Translations under genes and position numbers: made by a program
Part shown: piece after piece, positions 20,760-29,388 of the stretch
Numbering within the stretch: the first letter of the stretch is position 1
Layout: each line of letters opens with the position of its first letter
Origin: Candidatus Liptonbacteria bacterium
GTDB lineage: Bacteria > Patescibacteriota > Minisyncoccia > UBA6257 > 2-01-FULL-56-20
Direction of reading: 5' to 3'
Assembly: GCA_016867315.1 (NCBI GenBank)
Contig: VGJV01000001.1
Span: forward strand, 34,863-98,862
Length of the DNA: 64,000 nucleotides
Notes under the pieces: model-generated
Told to the model about the DNA's origin: nothing
Database searches by the model: none
Seen by the model: only the letters and a program-made list of their open reading frames with translations

Positions 20760-22232
20760 ATGTTTGGACGGGTAAAATCCTTTCTTTTTAAGAATACTTC
20801 CACGCGACAGACCGTGGCGAAGAACACCTTCTGGCTTGGATTTTCCAATTTTGCCGGGAGGTTGATTCGCGCAGTCATTATCGTGTATGCAGCGCGCGTA
20901 TTGGGAGCCGATGGCTGGGGAATCTTTTCTTATGGCGTGACACTCGCAGCATTTCTTACTCCCTTTACGGATGTGGGGCTCAGCCAAGTGCTTATACGCG
21001 AAACAGCAAAAAATACTGACCCTGACCACCGCGCTCGCATCCTCTCCACCACGCTTTTTTTAAAATTCCTACTTCTCGCTGCCGCAATTGTCATAGTTCT
21101 TCTTATCGCCCCTCCTCTCACTACCCTCGAAGAAGCCAAACCTCTTCTTCCTTTGATTGCATTCCTCCTCGCCTTCGATACGCTTCGGGAATTCGGCTTT
21201 GCGATTATCCGCGCCATTGAGCGGATGGAATGGGAAGCAGGTCTTTTTATATTGACCAATATCGCGATCGTGGCGTGTGGATTTGTCTTCCTCGCCCTCT
21301 CTCCTACTCCGCTTTCCTTTACCTATGCCTATACCATTGGAACCGCAGTAGGGGCATTCGCTACATTTTTTGCCCTTCGTAAGCATTTTCCCCCTCGCTT
21401 TCTTTCGCGCTTCACTCCTTCACTTGTAAAACCTATTTTTGCGGCTGCGTGGCCACTTTCGATTGCCGCGCTCCTTGGACTTCTCATGCTGAATACCGAT
21501 ATCCTTATCATCGGCTGGCTCGGCTCGGCCACAGATGTGGGTTACTACTCTGCGGGATATAGGATCGTGCAGCTTCTCTACCTCCTCCCCGCGATTCTCG
21601 CGATCAGCCTTTTCCCTACTCTTTCACGACTGGCGAACAAAGATCAGGCGCTTATGCGCACCACTATAGAAAAAGCGCTCACGGTCGTATTTCTGGCCTC
21701 GCTCCCGCTTGCCGTAGGAGGAATTCTCCTCGGCCCTCAGCTCATTTCGCTTCTCTTCGGAGAAAGTTTTTTGCCTGCCACGGACTCTTTCCGCATTCTC
21801 CTTGCCACGCTCCTTATCGATTTTCCTGTCGTGATTCTTTCGAATGCCCTCTTTGCGTTTAATCTCCCTCGGAAGCTTACGGTGTACGCGGCGCTCGGAG
21901 GATTTTTGAATGTCCTGTTGGATTTCCTGCTCATTCCGCCTTTCGGCATTGTAGGATCCGCATGGGCCACCCTCTTCGCACAATTCGTGAGCACTGCGTA
22001 TCTCTGGGGAGCCCTCAGAACCAAAACGCCTTTCCGAGTATTCCCTCATTTGAAAATTGCGCTGACTGCCACTGTCTGCATGGCAATCGGGACGGTTTTT
22101 CTTAACGCCATTGGGGTGCATGTTCTCGGTACCATTGCCATCAGCGCCCTTATCTATGGCCTCGTGTTGTATTTCCTTAAAGAACCGACGCTTAAAGAAG
22201 TGCGGCAGGCAGTACTTCACTCTACTACCTAG
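20760..22232 (+). CDS. polysaccharide flippase (Wzx/MOP superfamily)
   Basis: 490 aa, about 12-14 TM helices, polysaccharide-biosynthesis-protein N-terminal pattern. Confidence 0.7.
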   Translation: MFGRVKSFLFKNTSTRQTVAKNTFWLGFSNFAGRLIRAVIIVYAARVLGADGWGIFSYGVTLAAFLTPFTDVGLSQVLIRETAKNTDPDHRARILSTTLFLKFLLLAAAIVIVLLIAPPLTTLEEAKPLLPLIAFLLAFDTLREFGFAIIRAIERMEWEAGLFILTNIAIVACGFVFLALSPTPLSFTYAYTIGTAVGAFATFFALRKHFPPRFLSRFTPSLVKPIFAAAWPLSIAALLGLLMLNTDILIIGWLGSATDVGYYSAGYRIVQLLYLLPAILAISLFPTLSRLANKDQALMRTTIEKALTVVFLASLPLAVGGILLGPQLISLLFGESFLPATDSFRILLATLLIDFPVVILSNALFAFNLPRKLTVYAALGGFLNVLLDFLLIPPFGIVGSAWATLFAQFVSTAYLWGALRTKTPFRVFPHLKIALTATVCMAIGTVFLNAIGVHVLGTIAISALIYGLVLYFLKEPTLKEVRQAVLHSTT

Positions 22233-23046
22233 AAAACAAGGCTTTTTTGAGCCGCGAGAGCGGCGTGTTTAAAAATTTTTTGAGAGTGGTGGGAAGATGC
22301 GCATATATTGAGTAGAGGATCGCGAACGCGGTGCCTTTGAGATAGCCGGGATACTTTTCTTTATAGCGATACACGATCCGAAACGCGGCACGGGCGGATT
22401 CTTTCTGCTTCGCAAAGGAAGCACCCTTCTCCCACATGGTGTACGCCGTGAAATACTCCGGGAAGTTATAGAGCTTCCCCCGGAGGCCTAGCTTCAGCCA
22501 AAAATCCCAGTCCGCAAATTGGCGCAAGGAGGTATCGTAATTTCCTACCTGTGTCGCAACGCTCCGGCGAAACACGGTCGTCGAGTTTGCCATCGGGTTG
22601 GCATAAAGCGCCCTGCTTCGAATCGCCTCATCTGCTTCCGGCTTCAGGGTTTTAAATAATTCTTTTCCTTCCGGATTCATCGCCACAATTCCTCCGCCGC
22701 AGCCCACGTAGTCGCGATGCGCATCGAGGAACGCAAGCTGTTTCCCTAGTTTTTTTGAATCTATCCACCAGTCGTCATCGTCCAAGATTGCGACATATTC
22801 CCCCGTCGCTTTTGCCAAACCGAAATTCGAAGCGTTCGCAATCGAACCTTTGGTTTCACGATGGAAATATTTGATGCGCGAGTCGGTCGAGAATCTTTTT
22901 ACCGCTTCGGCCGTCTCGTTGCCCGCGCTGTCGTCCACAATAATAAGTTCCCAGTCCGTTACCGTCTGCGCGAGGAGTGACTCGATGGATTTCGTGAAAA
23001 TATCCCCTCTCTCGCACGTCACGAGGAGGCCTGAAACTTTTGGCAT
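22225..23046 (-). CDS. glycosyltransferase family 2
   Basis: IIVDDSAGNET, ILDDDD (DXD) motifs. Confidence 0.75.
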   Translation of the reverse strand: MPKVSGLLVTCERGDIFTKSIESLLAQTVTDWELIIVDDSAGNETAEAVKRFSTDSRIKYFHRETKGSIANASNFGLAKATGEYVAILDDDDWWIDSKKLGKQLAFLDAHRDYVGCGGGIVAMNPEGKELFKTLKPEADEAIRSRALYANPMANSTTVFRRSVATQVGNYDTSLRQFADWDFWLKLGLRGKLYNFPEYFTAYTMWEKGASFAKQKESARAAFRIVYRYKEKYPGYLKGTAFAILYSIYAHLPTTLKKFLNTPLSRLKKALFSR

Positions 23047-23075
23047 GCACTAAGCGTAGCAGAAATAAATTACCT

Positions 23076-23105
23076 TTGACAAATTGGGTTATTTTTGATT
23101 AATAT
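23076..23105 (+). promoter_or_regulatory. sigma70-like promoter TTGACA-N17-TTAATA upstream of IMPase-like gene
   Basis: Consensus -35, 17-bp spacer, AT-rich -10, about 30 nt before the ATG. Confidence 0.4.
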
Positions 23106-23135
23106 GGCACCAATCATTCCCCAACTTAATAATGA

Positions 23136-24167
23136 ATGACTACTGAACTACTAACTAACCGAAGGAGCAACATTAAAGCTATATCGAAGATACTGGAAGA
23201 AACAGGACATCAGCGGCGGCAGTTTTTGAGACATTTAAATCTGCGACACTTCCCCGACGAGCACTACCCTCTGATCAATGGGGTGGTCTCCGCGGGATTC
23301 GCGGCCGAGCCTTTTGCGGGGCTCGACACAGAAAAACAGGATGAGCGCGAAAGCCACCGAGCTGTTTCTGGCGAAGGCGACGCCATTGCCCAACAAGTGC
23401 TCCTCACTGAACTTTCGGCAGCGTATCCCGATGCCGAATTTCTCCTTGAGGAAGATACATCACCGCATGCGAAATGCTTACCTAAGCAAAATCCTGAGGG
23501 GATTCTCCAGGGTAGAAAGATCGTGGGCGATCCAATCGACAGTTCCACGCGCTTCGGCGGGGACATGAGCCAATGGTGCACTGCGGCGGGCATGCTTCAG
23601 GATGGTCACGTCGTGGGCGGGGCAATCTTTGCTCCCACGATGAATGGCGGCCTCCTGGTCACGAGCCACAAGGGCAAAGGAGTTGTTGTCGTTGAGAAAG
23701 GCGGGCAAAAAGTGTTGACGGATACGACCCCTATTCTTCCTCGAGAGGTGAAAAAGAGTGTCGTACTCCTCGGCGTGGACACCCTGCAGTATCCGGCAAT
23801 CTGCAACTTCATCCCTAAAGTCACAACTGCAGTGCGCGGGGTCTATACGAGTGGGTCCGGAATTCTGGGTCTTGCTTTGGTCGCCGCAGGACGAGCTCAA
23901 GCGATCTTCCAGACTCCGCAAAGGATCTGGGACATCATCCCGGGGATTTGCGCTCTGCGCGAAGCTGGACGCACGGTGCTCTTCTATCGTCGGGACCCAC
24001 AAACCGGATTGCCTACTGAAGTTGGGTTGGACTTCCAAGCATTCTGCTATGATCGCCCGAATCGATTGGGTATCATCGCAGGCGATATTATGCTCGTAGG
24101 TTATCTTGCTCAATTGCTTCAGGAAGCCGGGCCGCTACTCAAGGCAGACGAGAGTCTCAAAGATTAA
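23136..24167 (+). CDS. inositol monophosphatase/CysQ family phosphatase
   Basis: Metal site EEDxS (LLEEDTSPH), DPIDSS, WDIIPG motifs. Confidence 0.7.
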   Translation: MTTELLTNRRSNIKAISKILEETGHQRRQFLRHLNLRHFPDEHYPLINGVVSAGFAAEPFAGLDTEKQDERESHRAVSGEGDAIAQQVLLTELSAAYPDAEFLLEEDTSPHAKCLPKQNPEGILQGRKIVGDPIDSSTRFGGDMSQWCTAAGMLQDGHVVGGAIFAPTMNGGLLVTSHKGKGVVVVEKGGQKVLTDTTPILPREVKKSVVLLGVDTLQYPAICNFIPKVTTAVRGVYTSGSGILGLALVAAGRAQAIFQTPQRIWDIIPGICALREAGRTVLFYRRDPQTGLPTEVGLDFQAFCYDRPNRLGIIAGDIMLVGYLAQLLQEAGPLLKADESLKD

Positions 24168-24230
24168 TACCGAATTCCTAACTTAACCGATACAACGTGT
24201 CCGAGTGTCGTTTATTTTAAACAAAGAATC

Positions 24231-24260
24231 GAACCGACTTACCCTCGGTTCTTTTCTTTT
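24231..24260. terminator. bidirectional intrinsic terminator between convergent IMPase-like and hddC-like genes
   Basis: GAACCGA-cttaccc-TCGGTTC followed by TTTTCTTTTT. Confidence 0.5.
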
Positions 24261-25003
24261 TAAGCCTTCTCTTCCACTTGAAGCTTCTTTATGTTCTCCT
24301 CTACTTCTTTCCACTTCTCGAGCGTATCAATTCCCTTCGAGTAGTCGCCACATTCGTAGCTGTAGAATTTGAGGTTTTTTGCCACGATGTCCGGCAGAAG
24401 TTTTTTGCCGAGGTCATATTTAGTATTTTCCGGCACGTATTTTAAAATTTCTTTCCGCATAATAAATACGCCGCGCATGCGGTAGGCGTTCGGGTAGACT
24501 GCGCTGTGCGGCTTTGTGTGAATCGCGACGTACTTCCCGTCCGCATCGAGTTCGGCTACGTCCGCATCGGCGTAATTCTGGGTTTTTTTCATACGCTGCA
24601 TGCCTAGCGCATCCGCGGGTTTCTTCGCCCAGCTCTCCACCATCTTCGTGTAGTCTACAAGTGAGAAGGTGTCGCCGTAGATAAAAAAGAACTCGTCATT
24701 TAATTGACGCTCAAATGCCTTGATCCCTCCGGCGGAGCCGAGTGGTTCCTTCTCCACAAAATAATTAATTTTCACTCCCCACTTCGAGCCGTCACCGAAA
24801 TAACTCGTGGTTACATCAGGGAGATATTGGAGCGTGAAAAAAAATTCTTTGACGCCGTGTTTTTTGAACTGCTCCACGTGCCACTCGAGCATCGGTTTTC
24901 CCAGAATGGGGATCATCACTTTGGGAATCGTGTCGGTGGTAGGGCGCAACCGAGTCCCCATGCCCCCCGCGGCTATAACCGCCTGTGTAATTCGATTTTG
25001 CAT
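24260..25003 (-). CDS. sugar-1-phosphate nucleotidylyltransferase (HddC-like; start moved to MQNRITQAV)
   Basis: AAGGMGTRLRP (GxGTRxxP) motif; located with gmhA/gmhB/hddA. Confidence 0.75.
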   Translation of the reverse strand: MQNRITQAVIAAGGMGTRLRPTTDTIPKVMIPILGKPMLEWHVEQFKKHGVKEFFFTLQYLPDVTTSYFGDGSKWGVKINYFVEKEPLGSAGGIKAFERQLNDEFFFIYGDTFSLVDYTKMVESWAKKPADALGMQRMKKTQNYADADVAELDADGKYVAIHTKPHSAVYPNAYRMRGVFIMRKEILKYVPENTKYDLGKKLLPDIVAKNLKFYSYECGDYSKGIDTLEKWKEVEENIKKLQVEEKA

Positions 25004-25124
25004 GCAATAAGCGTACAGCATTTTGACTTTATAAGGAAATATTGTAAAACATGCCCAGCTCAATGAAACCACGATGCATATTGGAATTGTTGGGCATTAA
25101 CCTACTAACCCAAGGAAATTAGCT

Positions 25125-26138
25125 ATGAAAGAGGTTCCGTTAATTACGGACGGAGTGCAGCTTGAGGAATGGTTCCATGCGGATCCCAATGTCGTCGCTC
25201 GCACCATCCGGGCGGATGTCTATGACCAAAGTCTTATCATTCGACGATGGCCAGGCAATGTTCCCACAGTGGCGAGTCTTAAAGAGACCTTGCCTAAAAC
25301 TATCAACCGATGGTGGCAGATTGGCCGAGAAGATGATGCGGCAGTGTGTCCGATCAAAACCAAGCCCCAAACCGTGCTTCGCAACATGTTTGTTTACCAT
25401 GCTTATCACACGCAGACGCAACCAGTGAATAAGGAGCAGCAGGTTCTGACCGAAGCCAAGGTGGGTGGTATTGAAATTCAGCTTTATCCCAGCTTCTTCG
25501 CTCATGAAGGCCAGAATCACTTCCTCATTCTTCCTAAAGAATGTTGGTCTCGCGCCACCACTCAAATGGCGGGCGGCCCGGAGACTCTCGCGGGTATTAT
25601 CAAGCTCGCTCGGGAAACGATGCGCGAGAAGTGAAACGGGGATGGGGAGTTCAGTCTGCAGGTGGGCATCCATGCCGCGCAGAACCTGGTGCACGCGCAT
25701 TTTCACGTGTACCGCAATTTGGGCGGACTGGCGGACTTTGGACCAGCACGGATCGATCTCTACAAGTCTATTGTGAGTCCCTCCCTCCACATCTCTGAGC
25801 GCAATGATCTCATTCTCGCGGCAGGAGGGCTGAGAACTGGTCAAGTGCTATTTCTCCCCACAGACACACGCAACCGACCCGAATTCGATGATGCGTTCGC
25901 TCGTGAGCTTTATGGAGTGACTGATGTTTACACCCGAAAACTCATGAGCGTGCAGAACAATCCGGTGGACTTTGCCTTCGAAATTTCGGTGCGTCATGGG
26001 CGGGTAGCATTCGGTGGGGCATATCCGGTTGTCGGCCCACTCGGGACGATGGAGTTTTTCGCACCGCTCATGCCGGAAGCGAAATACTTCAATATTGGTT
26101 GGCCGGAGGAAGAAACTCTGAAACTCTGGTCCAATTAA
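25125..26138 (+). pseudogene. HIT-superfamily (GalT/Apa2-like two-domain) gene interrupted by an in-frame TGA at 25632-25634
   Basis: ORFs 25125-25634 and 25662-26138 are in one frame; HIT motif VHAHFHVY lies 18 codons after the TGA, preceded by the GIHAAQ(N) pattern typical of HIT proteins. Confidence 0.5.
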
Positions 26139-26179
26139 ACCAACAATTCAAAATTTTAAGAGAAAGGATTAAAAACTAC

Positions 26180-26211
26180 GGGGACTGTTCGCCATTTGGC
26201 AGACAGTCCCC
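26180..26211. terminator. bidirectional intrinsic terminator between convergent HIT-like and gmhB genes
   Basis: GGGGACTGT-N14-ACAGTCCCC, A-run before and T-rich after. Confidence 0.5.
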
Positions 26212-26231
26212 TTAGTCATTTTTGCGATTCA

Positions 26232-26783
26232 CTACTTCGTGAACTCGAGAATTTTCGCGGCGGCGGCTTGCATGTCGGAAACAGCGTAATCAGGTTTCGC
26301 ATTCGGGAAAAACTTTTCATCTTCTTTCCCCCCTTCCCCTCCTTCAATCAGGATGGTCTTCATCCCTCCGCGCTTGCCGGTTTCTACATCGCGAAGCGAA
26401 TCTCCCACCATCCAGCTTTGCGAAAGGTCGATGCCAAATTTTACCGCAGCTTCTTGCACCATTCCCTGATCGGGCTTCCGACACGTACAGTGCTGAGGCT
26501 CCCTGAAACGGTGCGGACAGATAAAGGCTGCGTTAATTGTTGCGCCTTCAGCGGCGAATTTTTCCATAAGTACGCGATTAATTTCGTCGCCTTGCTCCCG
26601 GGTGATCTTGCCTTTCTCGATGATTGGCTGATTGGTCAATATGACGCAGAGAAATCCTGCGTCGTTCAGCTTCTTTACTCCTTCTATTGCGCCCGGCAGA
26701 ATCTTCAGTTGCTCGGGACTCGTGAGTTCCAGTACATATTCGATAAGAGTTCCATCTCGGTCCAGAAAAACTGCTTTTTTCAT
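26232..26783 (-). CDS. gmhB: D-glycero-D-manno-heptose 1,7-bisphosphate phosphatase (HAD-IIIA)
   Basis: FLDRDGTL, Zn-binding CPHRFREPQHCTCRKP, MVGDS motifs. Confidence 0.85.
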   Translation of the reverse strand: MKKAVFLDRDGTLIEYVLELTSPEQLKILPGAIEGVKKLNDAGFLCVILTNQPIIEKGKITREQGDEINRVLMEKFAAEGATINAAFICPHRFREPQHCTCRKPDQGMVQEAAVKFGIDLSQSWMVGDSLRDVETGKRGGMKTILIEGGEGGKEDEKFFPNAKPDYAVSDMQAAAAKILEFTK

Positions 26784-26871
26784 TAAAAAATTTCTAATAT
26801 CTAATTACTAATTCCTAACTAAATCCCAATTTCCAGAAATGCCCCTTAGAAATTAGGAATTAGAAATTTCT
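26784..26871. repeat. AT-rich intercistronic repeat element, copy Y (gmhA-gmhB spacer); related to 10924-11038
   Basis: Inverted repeat TAATTCCTAA/TTAGGAATTA plus shared blocks with copy X; both copies lie between co-directional minus-strand genes in the same orientation. Confidence 0.5.
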
Positions 26872-27480
26872 CTAGGCTTTCTGCACGCTCTCCCACTTGC
26901 CATCAATCTGCTTGAAATTGGGGTGACTTACGATCAAGTGCCAGACCACCGCTTGGAAACTTTCCGTGTGCGGAGTTACCGTTTCGGGATTCACTACCGG
27001 GACCACCACGCAGGCATCAGAAACAGTTTTCGTGTATCCCCCGTCGCGGCCTACTACTCCCATTATTTTTGCTCCTTTGGACTTTGCATATTTCAACGCT
27101 TCCACAATGTTCACGCTCACTTTCTTTTCGGCATTCCCTCCTCCCACCGAAAACACCATCACTCCATCTTTTTGAGAAAGCTTGCTGCCTTCGAGCCACT
27201 TCGCGAACACCGAATCCCAGCCGTCGTCGTTTACGCGGGCGGAAAATTCCGCCACGTTGTCTACGGGAGTGTAGGACTCGATACCCGCGATTTTTCGAAA
27301 ATCATTTACCGCGTGGCTCGCATGCCCCGCTCCCCCTCCTACGCCCAAAATAAAAAGTCGGCCGTGATTCGCACGGATGTCTTTCAAAATATCGATCATA
27401 CTTCCAATCGCGGAGTGATCAATACCATCAATGATTTGTTTCGCTTCCGCGAAATAGGCTTCGATGTAGGGCTTATGCAT
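26872..27480 (-). CDS. gmhA: sedoheptulose-7-phosphate isomerase (SIS domain)
   Basis: SIS motifs LGVGGGAGHASH, VFSVGGG; 202 aa. Confidence 0.85.
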   Translation of the reverse strand: MHKPYIEAYFAEAKQIIDGIDHSAIGSMIDILKDIRANHGRLFILGVGGGAGHASHAVNDFRKIAGIESYTPVDNVAEFSARVNDDGWDSVFAKWLEGSKLSQKDGVMVFSVGGGNAEKKVSVNIVEALKYAKSKGAKIMGVVGRDGGYTKTVSDACVVVPVVNPETVTPHTESFQAVVWHLIVSHPNFKQIDGKWESVQKA

Positions 27481-27575
27481 ATAAATAATTGCAACTTATG
27501 ACTTGACCGATGACAAGAGAATACAAGAAAATCGTATTTCCGTCAATCGCTCGTCTAACTTCTAATGGTTAATAG

Positions 27576-28406
27576 TTAGACTTTCCGGCGCAAGGTATAC
27601 CGGTCGGTTTTCATAAGCTCTGCTATTTCTTTCGGACTCCACTTTTCATATTCATCCCAGACTGCGCTCAGAAATTTACCCGAGAGACCATTCGAAGCCT
27701 CGGAAGCGAGAAACACGCACATTGCGGCAGCTTTCTCTGGAGGGATACCCCCTTCGGTTTTTTGCTTTAATAATTTCTCGTAACGCTCCTTTCCCACTTT
27801 TTCTTCTCCCGCTTCTAGGGCTTCATCCAAGAACTTGGTATTTACCGCCCCAGGCGCAAAGCAATTTATTTCAATTCCAAATTCTTTCAGTTCCGCCGCC
27901 ATGGTTTCCGTGAGGCGCACGATTGCACCTTTCGAAGCATGGTATGCGCTAAAACGCGGCAAAGGACCATCCCCTCCTCCGGAGAAATTAATTATCTTCC
28001 CGAATTTTTGAGCTTTCATGTGGGGAATTACCTCCTGCATCATACGGAAGGTGCCGAAGACGTTGATTTCGAAGGTATCTTTCCATTTCTCAAAATCCAC
28101 CTCTTCCGAAGGCCCAATGGGGCCATAAATCCCGGCTGCATTCACCAGTACGTCTATTTTTCCGAAGGCCCGCAAGGTCGTTTCGACCAGCGTCTTTACA
28201 TCGCCTTCTCGGGAAACATCCGAGGGACAGCCTTCCACATCGGGAAATTTTTTCCGAAGCTCCTCACACGCATCCCGGATTTCCAGGCGGTTGCGGGCGG
28301 CTATCATTACCTTCGCTCCTTCTTTCAAATATGCTTCTGTAATCGCCAAGCCTATGCCGCGACTGCCGCCGGTCACGAGTGCTACCTTATTTTCCAGCTT
28401 GGGCAT
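27576..28406 (-). CDS. short-chain dehydrogenase/reductase (classical SDR)
   Basis: TGGSRGIG, NAAG, YxxxK (YHASK) motifs. Confidence 0.8.
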   Translation of the reverse strand: MPKLENKVALVTGGSRGIGLAITEAYLKEGAKVMIAARNRLEIRDACEELRKKFPDVEGCPSDVSREGDVKTLVETTLRAFGKIDVLVNAAGIYGPIGPSEEVDFEKWKDTFEINVFGTFRMMQEVIPHMKAQKFGKIINFSGGGDGPLPRFSAYHASKGAIVRLTETMAAELKEFGIEINCFAPGAVNTKFLDEALEAGEEKVGKERYEKLLKQKTEGGIPPEKAAAMCVFLASEASNGLSGKFLSAVWDEYEKWSPKEIAELMKTDRYTLRRKV

Positions 28407-29388
28407 AGACTTTTTCTACAATCTTTAAAACTTCCAATACATCTTCGCCTTTAGATTGGAGTTCCATCTCCCCCCCGATCACCGCGGCGAATTCTTCGAG
28501 CTCCCGCACAAACGAATCCTCCTTTTTTTCCTCCGGAAAAGGTGTCACGGTTTCCACTGGGAACTTGCCGGAGCGCGGATCCACTTTCCCTACCGTAAGC
28601 TTTTCGGGACCGCGATAGCGCTTATCCAAGCCGTCTACCGAAAGGTATCCTTTGTCGCCAAAAATCTCGAAGGAATGCACCCATTCCCAGTTTGTCCAGC
28701 TCACATGAATTTGCGCTACGCGTTTGTCCGCAGTGCGAAGCAGGAGAAATCCGTTATCTTCCACTTCTCCTCCCCAAAAGAGATTCTCTGCAAATCCCAG
28801 GGCATCGACAAAATCGCCCATAAACCACCGAGCCATGTCGATCATATGCATTCCTTGATCGATGAGTTCTCCGCCGCCGCTTATTTTCTTATCGAAGCGC
28901 CACTCTTTTTCATAACCGGCGCGGCCGCCGAAACCATATCTCGCGCGGACGCAGATCACTTTGCCAATTTCGCCTTTGTCTACGAGCTTCTTCGCTTCCA
29001 TGTATGCCGGGTGATACCGATGATTGAAACCGATCATATATATCCTTTTCGCGCTGGCCGCGAGTCTCAAATTCTCGGCCACTTCGGCACTCGAGATGCC
29101 CGTAGGCTTTTCGCAAAGCACATGCTTTCCGGCTTCAAGCGCAGATTTCGAAATGGGAGCTAAAAAGGCGTGTGGAGTGGCTATCACGACCGCTTCGAAA
29201 TCACCCTTCTCCAAGGCTTCTTTTATGTCGCCGTAGATCGCAGCCCCAGGGAATCCATCAGCAATGGTTTTCGCTTTGGCTGCATCTATATCTACTACCG
29301 CTTTCACCTCGAATTCTTTGGCTTGCTTCAAAGCATCCGCCCAAATTTTGCCGATACCTCCGGCTCCCACTAATGCGAGTTTTATCAT
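28387..29388 (-). CDS. Gfo/Idh/MocA-family NAD(P)-dependent sugar oxidoreductase
   Basis: N-terminal Rossmann LALVGAGGIG, EKP motif (LCEKP), C-terminal alpha/beta domain. Confidence 0.8.
   Translation of the reverse strand: MIKLALVGAGGIGKIWADALKQAKEFEVKAVVDIDAAKAKTIADGFPGAAIYGDIKEALEKGDFEAVVIATPHAFLAPISKSALEAGKHVLCEKPTGISSAEVAENLRLAASAKRIYMIGFNHRYHPAYMEAKKLVDKGEIGKVICVRARYGFGGRAGYEKEWRFDKKISGGGELIDQGMHMIDMARWFMGDFVDALGFAENLFWGGEVEDNGFLLLRTADKRVAQIHVSWTNWEWVHSFEIFGDKGYLSVDGLDKRYRGPEKLTVGKVDPRSGKFPVETVTPFPEEKKEDSFVRELEEFAAVIGGEMELQSKGEDVLEVLKIVEKVYAQAGK

Noticed and set aside
25632-25634. In-frame TGA as a reassigned codon (genetic code 4/25) or selenocysteine
   Set aside because: TGA terminates other well-defined genes here (GT4 at 16591, WbaP-like at 19299). 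The second interrupted gene uses TAG instead. No convincing SECIS-like hairpin lies downstream, and HIT proteins are not known selenoproteins.
25140-25844. 234-aa minus-strand ORF antisense to the HIT-like gene
   Set aside because: Translation is low-complexity with no motif. The plus strand carries a textbook HIT motif and pathway-consistent context, so the antisense ORF is taken as spurious.
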